DNA from: Bradyrhizobiaceae bacterium
GTDB taxonomy: Bacteria > Bacteroidota > Ignavibacteria > Kapaibacteriales > Kapaibacteriaceae
DNA: 64,000 bases
Direction of reading: 5' to 3'
Assembly (NCBI GenBank): GCA_024103135.1
Contig: JAGFIZ010000047.1
Location: forward strand, 107-64,106
The notes under the pieces were generated by a model. It saw only the letters and a list, made by a program, of their open reading frames with translations, had not been told where the DNA came from and did no database searches. Positions 57,691-64,000 of this stretch are shown one piece after another (the first letter of the stretch is position 1; each line of letters starts with the position of its first letter). Position numbers and translations under genes: made by a program.

Positions 57691-60198
57691 AACGACGAAA
57701 ATTACAGGACGGTATGTTTGTACCGACCCGTTTACACCAATGTCTGGGGAAAAGTCTTGTTCATCGTCCTCCTCCTCCTGCTTTGTTCTGCACTCCCGGT
57801 TGCTGCTCAGTCCGGTTTCGACCATACGATAACGTATTTGAAGGCAGAAAATTCTGAACCACTTGAACATCCGCTCGACATTCAGCGGATGAAGGTCGAT
57901 GTGTCCTTCGATCCCTATGCCGGACTAGTGCGTGGAATCGTCGTCCACTCATTTTCAGTGCTTCAGCAGCAGGTGGATTCCGTGACGTTCCATGCCGTGA
58001 ACATTACCATCAAGCAGGCGTTGTTGAACGACAAGCCAGTACGCTTTCGTCGTACGGACTCAGTCGTCGTAGTCTACTGCGAACCAGCATTGCATTGGGA
58101 TACACAAGGCACCATACAGTTCACCTATGAGGCAACACCACGCCGTGGCATTTACTTCATCGGCTGGGCCGACTCTACGGGAACAATGCGTCGGCAAATC
58201 TGGACGCAAGGACAAGCAACGGACAACCGACATTGGATTCCGATGTATGACGAGATGAACGACAAGATGATCACCGAGACCGTGGTCACCTTCGACTCTG
58301 CCTACACGGTGATTTCCAACGGTAATCTCCTTTCAAAACGCACCAATGGTGATGGCTCGCGTACCTGGCACTATGCCATGCCCAAGCCCCATAGTTCATA
58401 CCTGCTCATGCTTGCCATTGGCAAGTATGCAGTCACCTACGACACCTCATCAGGCAAGGTACCCCTCGAACAGTATTGGTATCCGGACAGACCGCAGGAC
58501 TACGAGCCAACGTATCGCTTGAGCAAGGAGGGTATGGACTTCCTTGAGCAAGAGATCGGCATGCCCTATCAGTGGGGTATCTACAAGCAGATACCCGCAG
58601 CCGACTATGTGTTTGGTGCCATGGAGAATACAACGGCGACGATCTTTGGTGACTTCTACCTCTGTGATGCTCGCGGTTGGCTGGACCGATCCTACGTTGG
58701 CACGAATACCCATGAACTTACTCACCAATGGTTCGGCGATCTCGTAACGGGTCGGAGCATACAGTCACTCTGGCTCCAGGAGAGCTTTGCAACCTTCTAC
58801 CCATTACTCTTCGCCAAACACATTTCCGGAGCCGACGAATATCAATGGCAGCGAAGGGGCATGCAGAATAGTGCGTTGAGTGCTGGAGAGAGGGATCGTT
58901 ATCCCATCGTTCATCCCAAGGCTGGTGGTGCACGCGTCTATCCAAAAGGAGCGGTCGTACTCGACATGATGCGCACCGTTTTTGGGAGAGATCAGCAGCG
59001 AAGAGCAATCCTCCACTACCTTAAGCAACATGCATTTGGTAACGTCGAAACCAACGATCTCTATCTCTCCTTCCAGGATACTCTTGGCATAAGCCCTCGA
59101 TGGTTTTTCGATCAGTGGCTGTACAGAAGTGGCGAACCCCATTACGTTGTTACCTACGGTTCTGGTACGCAGAACGATTTGAAAGGTACACAAGGCGTTA
59201 CAACGCTTACCATCAAGCAAGTTCAGTTTACCGATGACCTCACGGGCTACTTCAGAATGCCAATCGTCTGCGAAGTCCACTACACCGATCGCACCAAGGA
59301 TAGCGTTACTGCGTGGGTTGATGGACAGACTACGGTGGTGGACGTGCCCAACCCCGATAGTAAGGACATTGCCTTCATCCTATTCGATCCTGGCTCGACC
59401 GTACTTAAGCGCGTGACATTCGTAAAACCTTGGGAGATGCTCCATGCGCAGGCAACCCAAGCCCCCTTCATGATCGACAGATACGATGCTCTTGTGGAGC
59501 TTGCAAAGGACAGTATGCATGCAGCGGAGCTGGACGACCTCCTGCAATCGATCATGAAGAAGGAGAAACATCAGGGCATGCGCTCCGAAGCCGTGAGTAT
59601 TGCACTAGGCAAGAATGGAAAGGGGCTAGAGCATTCGCGGGATGTAGTACTTGCAGGTCTGCGCGACAAGAGTGCCGATGTACGCAAGCGTACGTTGTCA
59701 GCCATCACTACAATCGACAAGGAGTTGCAGGAGCCCGTAGAGACCTTGCTGAAGGACTCTTCCTATACCGTGATCGAGCAAGTATTCAGGAAGCTCTGTG
59801 CTGCATTCCCTGATCGAGTGAAACACTACCTAGACCAGACGTCGGATGTTAAAAGTCCACATGCCTTGGTCGAAATCGCCAGAGCAGAGATTCAGGCAGT
59901 GTCGGGAGACTCACGCGGAATGCAAGGACTTGCCGAGTACTGCACAAACCGACATGAGTTTGGCGTCCGCCGCAATGCCTTTGGCGCCCTCGTACGCGTC
60001 GGCACGGCCTCTACCCAAGCCCTCAGCGGAATGATCGACGCCACGGCAAACCCCAATTGGAGACTTGCCGATTCTGCTGCTGATGCCTTGAGCAAGTTGG
60101 CAACGCAGACCCGTATCAGACAGGAAGTTCGATCACTCCTTCGCACCATCGATCCTGACGAAAAACGCTACACGCGCGTGGCAGACATGGTACGATAG
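57682..60198 (+). CDS. M1-family zinc aminopeptidase (aminopeptidase N-like) with a C-terminal HEAT/ARM-like region. It is secreted.
   Basis: The GAMEN motif (FGAMENTTATIF) and HELTHQWFG...E (LWLQESFATF). The track start is TTG. The in-frame TTG at 57718 would give the signal peptide MYRPVYTNVWGKVLFIVLLLLLCSALPVAAQ. Confidence 0.9.
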   Translation: MHHNDENYRTVCLYRPVYTNVWGKVLFIVLLLLLCSALPVAAQSGFDHTITYLKAENSEPLEHPLDIQRMKVDVSFDPYAGLVRGIVVHSFSVLQQQVDSVTFHAVNITIKQALLNDKPVRFRRTDSVVVVYCEPALHWDTQGTIQFTYEATPRRGIYFIGWADSTGTMRRQIWTQGQATDNRHWIPMYDEMNDKMITETVVTFDSAYTVISNGNLLSKRTNGDGSRTWHYAMPKPHSSYLLMLAIGKYAVTYDTSSGKVPLEQYWYPDRPQDYEPTYRLSKEGMDFLEQEIGMPYQWGIYKQIPAADYVFGAMENTTATIFGDFYLCDARGWLDRSYVGTNTHELTHQWFGDLVTGRSIQSLWLQESFATFYPLLFAKHISGADEYQWQRRGMQNSALSAGERDRYPIVHPKAGGARVYPKGAVVLDMMRTVFGRDQQRRAILHYLKQHAFGNVETNDLYLSFQDTLGISPRWFFDQWLYRSGEPHYVVTYGSGTQNDLKGTQGVTTLTIKQVQFTDDLTGYFRMPIVCEVHYTDRTKDSVTAWVDGQTTVVDVPNPDSKDIAFILFDPGSTVLKRVTFVKPWEMLHAQATQAPFMIDRYDALVELAKDSMHAAELDDLLQSIMKKEKHQGMRSEAVSIALGKNGKGLEHSRDVVLAGLRDKSADVRKRTLSAITTIDKELQEPVETLLKDSSYTVIEQVFRKLCAAFPDRVKHYLDQTSDVKSPHALVEIARAEIQAVSGDSRGMQGLAEYCTNRHEFGVRRNAFGALVRVGTASTQALSGMIDATANPNWRLADSAADALSKLATQTRIRQEVRSLLRTIDPDEKRYTRVADMVR

Positions 60199-60229
60199 TT
60201 GCTTGGTCGTTATTCGCCGAAATCCCTCT

Positions 60230-60270
60230 CCACCTGTGAAGTTTCCTTCACAGGTGGAATCTGATTTTTC
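60230..60270 (+). terminator. Rho-independent terminator after the M1 aminopeptidase gene.
   Basis: CCACCTGTGAAG-TTTCC-TTCACAGGTGG perfect 11-12-bp stem, followed by AATCTGATTTTTC. Confidence 0.6.
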
Positions 60271-60346
60271 ACACAGGGTTTAGGAACCCAAGAGCGTTTC
60301 GGCAGTCTGAAAACGCTTGCATATCAAGAGGAAACCTGGAGGCATT

Positions 60347-63300
60347 ATGAATCGCTTTGCATCGATGTTCATCATAGCCGCAGTTGCGGTATTGTCCGCC
60401 ACCACGGCCTTGGCCGGTGGATCGACGATCCCTATGGGCTACAACGTATCGCAAGGAACGTTCACCGAGATCACCGGTGGTACGGTCCTCGAAACAGCCA
60501 ACGATATTGACGCATTCTCTCAGACTGTGAACCTACCCTTCACGTTCTCGTGGAATGGTACGGATTACACGAGTGTGCAGATCAATGGTGACGGGTACAT
60601 TGATTTCGCACCAGGCAGCGGTGGCTCAACGGGCAATCTCCCAGGGAGTTCGGCTGCAGTTGCTGCGTGGTATAACGACCTCACGGGTACTGCTGACGGT
60701 GAGATTCGTACCGAGACAATCGGCACTTCGCCAAACCAGGTTTTCGTCATCCAATGGAAGAATGTTACTCGCGCAGCACAGGGCAGTAGCAACGACTCAT
60801 ACACCTTTCAAATCAGACTCAATCAAGCAACGGGAACAGCCGACATTGTGTACGGCACGATGAACATCACTGCTGCCGTTGGAGCACAGATTGGTGGTAT
60901 CTGCAGCACAACCGACGAGATTGCTCTCACCGTCAACTACTGGTCAAACGATTGGTTGCACCCATACACCGGCATGGGTAGCGAGTCCATGGCCCTGGAA
61001 GACTGGGGACCAGCATCCGGCACCACCTACACCATCGGTACCGCATCGTCGGCCGATGCTCGTGTAGTACGCGTGAGCAGCCCAACAGGAAAGTTTACCG
61101 CCAACACCTCGCAAACAGTAAAGGTCATCATTGCCAACGCTGGCTCGAATCCGATGGACTCCGTGCTTATCGGCTGGTCGGTTAATGGCGTTGCTCGTTC
61201 GACAATGAAGTATATCGCTAGCTCCGAGCTTCAACCGGGTGACGAGGTAGAGGTAACCCTAGGTACAGTCACCTTTGGCACAGGCACACTCAATACCATC
61301 GTTGCTTGGACTAGTGAACCCAACGGCGTAATTGATCAGTATCCAGGTAATGACATCCTGCAGTTCTACATGGCACCACGCGTGTCGGGTCGGCTTAACC
61401 TGGCTCTTACCGGCAACCCTGGTGTTATCAAGAGCTTCAAGGACTGCATGCGCTTGCTCGTCAATGCAGGTATCAGCGGCAACACGAACATTCACGTCTA
61501 CAACGGCAACTACGACGAGCAGATCCTAGTGCCAGCGATCGACAACTCATTCAATGGCGGCATCGTTACGATTCAAAATGCGGCCAATACCACTCCGAAG
61601 ATTGTATGGTCACCATCCAACTACCCGCAAGGATACTTTGGAGGGTATGAAGACGACTATGCGCAGCTAACGGTCCTTGACGGTGCATCCGTTGCTATTG
61701 ACGGCTTGTGGTTCACACTGCCTGCAGGCTTGGACTGGGGTGGACACGTTAGTGGCGAATCAACGGGTCAGGTGACGATCAAGAACAGCACCTTTGAGGG
61801 ACCAAAGGACTATGCGCAGATGACCGATCCGACAAATTCGATCTATCTGCAAGGTGGACCGTTTACGATTTCAGACAATGTCATTAAGAATGTCTGGTAT
61901 GGTCTGTATATGGTTGGTGCAGGTTCATCCAAGGACGTCGTGAGCAACAACTCGGTAACGAACTTCATCGAAGTTGGTATGCAGATATCGAGTCCGAATG
62001 TCGACGTCGACATGAACTCCATTACTGCGACTACCAACGGTGGAGCTTACTCATACGGTCTAGGAGTCTTTGGTGCTGGCTTCGTTCGCAACAACAACGT
62101 CATCGTCGACATCTCGACGCAACTGGTCAGCAGTGCCGTTGGCATCGAGTGTGTTAGCACCGACGGTATTGGCGGCAATCCAGACGGACTGAAGATCTAC
62201 AACAACATGTCATACGTTGCATCGACTGACAAGGCACTTGCCCTCACTGTGCAGCCCGACGCCGACTTAGCCGTTACTGACGTGTACAATAACACGACCT
62301 ATGTTGGCGGCACACCGGCACCAGACAGATCCGTTGCCGCATATATCGTCGGCGATGGTCCAAAGGCCAACATCGTGAACAACATCTTCTACAACCAGGG
62401 AGATGGCGACAACGGTGGCTATGCAATCTTCATTGACGAAGTTGGTGTAGATCCCATCATCCAGACCATGGACTTTAACAACCACATGACTACTGGTGAC
62501 TATGTGGGCTACTTCCATGGCGACATTGCACGGAATGCTGTTGGAAATCCGCTTGCAGACTGGATTGCTGCAACGGGTGGCGATGCAAACTCTTCATCAG
62601 TTGCCATCACCTTTGCTGGTAACACAAACCTCCACCTGAAGGACATTCAGAACCAGCTCTTCGGTTCGGCAACCACCATTCCAACGGTCTCAACCGACAT
62701 TGACGGAGATACCCGCCACAAGCCATACATGGGTGCCGACGAGCTCAGACCAGACGTTAAGGTCCTGGAAAGCCCACAAAGCAGATATGCATGTCTGGGC
62801 GAACGCATCGTTCTTGTTTGCGTTGCAAACACCACACTTGGCGCCGTAACAACCTATCAATGGTATAAGGATGGAACGCCGTTGCTTGGTGCTATCGGTT
62901 CGATGTACATCCTGAACAATGTTGGTTATCCAGCATCAGGTGAATACTACTGCGTTGTCCAGTGCAGCGATGGAACCTATACCGTGACTGATACTTCGGA
63001 GAGTGCTACCATTATCGTCGTTCGTAACACGAACATCGTTACAGCACCAACGAATAAGGCAGTTGGCATGGGCGACAACGTCACCCTGGAAATCGAAGTC
63101 GAAGCCATTGGTACTCCAACTGACTTTGTACCATCATATCAATGGAAGAAGCGTTACTGGAGTGTACAAAGCCAGGCCTATCTCGATTCGAACGTTGTTG
63201 ACGACAGCCACGTCACTGGCTCCAAGTCCAGCCGTTTGAACATTCGTGGCGTTCGCGCCAAGGACACGGCTGATTCCTACGTCTGCGAGGTTGTTGGCTA

Positions 63301-64000
63301 TTGCGGAACAGTTACGTCGAAGCCAGTTCGCGTATACATTCCACTCATCCTTGCTAGCACGAATACGCCTATTGCCTGTGAAGGCGGACCAATCAACATG
63401 GAGGTGATCGTAAACCTTCAGCCATCTCCTGGTTCGACGCTTATGTTCCGCTGGTATCATGGTAACACGCCAATTGAGAACTCTGCTCGTATTACTGGTG
63501 CAGACGACAAGGCGATGCGCATTACTGGTGCTACGATTGCCGATACCGGTGATTACTACTGTGTGCTCTCGTATTCGAACTCCGACATCACCATCGAGTC
63601 GAATCACGTAACCGTTGAGTTGGGCGCACCTCCAGTGATTACAGCACAACCACTTGCCGATACCGTTTGTATTGGACAGCCATTCACTCTAACGGCTACA
63701 GCAACGGGTCTAGGTTTGGGCTATCAATGGTTCAAGGGTACAACATCAATTCCTGGTGCCGTTGGTGCTTCCTATGGTGTACTTGCCGCAGCCGATGCCG
63801 ATGGTGGTTCCTATTCCGTGGTCGTTACCAACCTCTGCGGTAGTGTAACTAGCGAGGTTGCCGAAGTCGTTGTCAACCGCGCTCCATCAATCACCACAGA
63901 GCCCCTTGACGCTGCTATTTACGATGGTGATACCTTGCGTCTGTGGGTCGAGGCAACTGGATCAGGTCCACTAACATATCAGTGGTACCACGATACAACC
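60347..64000 (+). CDS. Very large secreted surface protein, 3'-truncated by the window edge. It has a signal peptide, an Asn/Gly-rich parallel beta-helix-like region, and at least six tandem Ig-like (~90 aa) domains.
   Basis: ATG at 60347 (MNRFASMFIIAAVAVLSATTALA), open to the window end, so it is absent from the track. Beta-helix-like segments include NNNVIVDIS, IVNNIFYNQGDGDNGGYAIFID. Repeats carry a W-Y/F-K/H...G-Y-Y-C-V motif: QWYKDGTPL..GEYYCVV, RWYHGNTPI..GDYYCVL, QWFKGTTSI..GSYSVVV, YQWYHDTT. Confidence 0.65.
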   Translation, partial: MNRFASMFIIAAVAVLSATTALAGGSTIPMGYNVSQGTFTEITGGTVLETANDIDAFSQTVNLPFTFSWNGTDYTSVQINGDGYIDFAPGSGGSTGNLPGSSAAVAAWYNDLTGTADGEIRTETIGTSPNQVFVIQWKNVTRAAQGSSNDSYTFQIRLNQATGTADIVYGTMNITAAVGAQIGGICSTTDEIALTVNYWSNDWLHPYTGMGSESMALEDWGPASGTTYTIGTASSADARVVRVSSPTGKFTANTSQTVKVIIANAGSNPMDSVLIGWSVNGVARSTMKYIASSELQPGDEVEVTLGTVTFGTGTLNTIVAWTSEPNGVIDQYPGNDILQFYMAPRVSGRLNLALTGNPGVIKSFKDCMRLLVNAGISGNTNIHVYNGNYDEQILVPAIDNSFNGGIVTIQNAANTTPKIVWSPSNYPQGYFGGYEDDYAQLTVLDGASVAIDGLWFTLPAGLDWGGHVSGESTGQVTIKNSTFEGPKDYAQMTDPTNSIYLQGGPFTISDNVIKNVWYGLYMVGAGSSKDVVSNNSVTNFIEVGMQISSPNVDVDMNSITATTNGGAYSYGLGVFGAGFVRNNNVIVDISTQLVSSAVGIECVSTDGIGGNPDGLKIYNNMSYVASTDKALALTVQPDADLAVTDVYNNTTYVGGTPAPDRSVAAYIVGDGPKANIVNNIFYNQGDGDNGGYAIFIDEVGVDPIIQTMDFNNHMTTGDYVGYFHGDIARNAVGNPLADWIAATGGDANSSSVAITFAGNTNLHLKDIQNQLFGSATTIPTVSTDIDGDTRHKPYMGADELRPDVKVLESPQSRYACLGERIVLVCVANTTLGAVTTYQWYKDGTPLLGAIGSMYILNNVGYPASGEYYCVVQCSDGTYTVTDTSESATIIVVRNTNIVTAPTNKAVGMGDNVTLEIEVEAIGTPTDFVPSYQWKKRYWSVQSQAYLDSNVVDDSHVTGSKSSRLNIRGVRAKDTADSYVCEVVGYCGTVTSKPVRVYIPLILASTNTPIACEGGPINMEVIVNLQPSPGSTLMFRWYHGNTPIENSARITGADDKAMRITGATIADTGDYYCVLSYSNSDITIESNHVTVELGAPPVITAQPLADTVCIGQPFTLTATATGLGLGYQWFKGTTSIPGAVGASYGVLAAADADGGSYSVVVTNLCGSVTSEVAEVVVNRAPSITTEPLDAAIYDGDTLRLWVEATGSGPLTYQWYHDTT

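Noticed and set aside
57691-57870. Possible fluoride riboswitch upstream of crcB.
   Set aside because: Inspection of the minus-strand leader finds none of the crcB-motif conserved blocks (GGnGAUGG ... CCGCC ... CUAAUGA). The interval is also mostly occupied by the divergent aminopeptidase gene.
1-64000. Search for CRISPR arrays, tRNA/rRNA genes, integrases/transposases and prophage remnants.
   Set aside because: I found no direct-repeat arrays, no tRNA-like cloverleaf candidates in intergenic gaps (all under 340 bp), and no recombinase-like ORFs. By these criteria the window is not a mobile island.

Overview
This 64 kb window is a chromosomal segment of ~57% GC from an FCB-group bacterium (Bacteroidota/Rhodothermota-like). 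The lineage call rests on T9SS-type C-terminal sorting domains, giant Ig/PKD-repeat surface proteins, and a TAnnTTTG -7 promoter element. Most of the window is housekeeping: dnaK-hsp20, polA, thrS, pfkA, nadK, nadC, rpoN, a pstSCAB-phoU operon with its porin, copA-msrA, nhaA, rfbA and an M1 aminopeptidase. There are no tRNA or rRNA genes, no CRISPR array, and no integrase or transposase.

The first 10.3 kb is the accessory part of the window. It holds a truncated giant T9SS-type adhesin, an OmpR-family two-component pair, and a 1588-aa protein of unusual architecture. That protein fuses a cytoplasmic P-loop STAND/AAA_16 ATPase and TPR region, through one hydrophobic segment, to an extracellular six-bladed BNR (Asp-box) propeller ending in a T9SS C-terminal sorting domain. 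It is translationally coupled to an upstream 4-TM membrane protein.

Other items of note:
- A copper and respiration island: a CopD-like protein, a TMEM175 K+ channel, a ClC channel, a divergent heme-copper oxidase (CuA subunit II plus subunit I), Sco, and a membrane protein.
- A Cys-rich winged-helix regulator next to the di-iron repair protein YtfE.
- A UppP-cyclophilin fusion followed by a second cyclophilin.
- A PstC carrying a ~140-aa low-complexity insertion.
- An orphan SdhC-like dihaem cytochrome b convergent with a thioredoxin-like [2Fe-2S] ferredoxin.
- Candidate operator repeats upstream of hsp20 and upstream of the pst porin.

The supplied ORF track translates GTG and TTG starts as M and takes the longest ORF, so many N-termini are over-extended. 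I re-placed starts where a family-typical N-terminus was evident.
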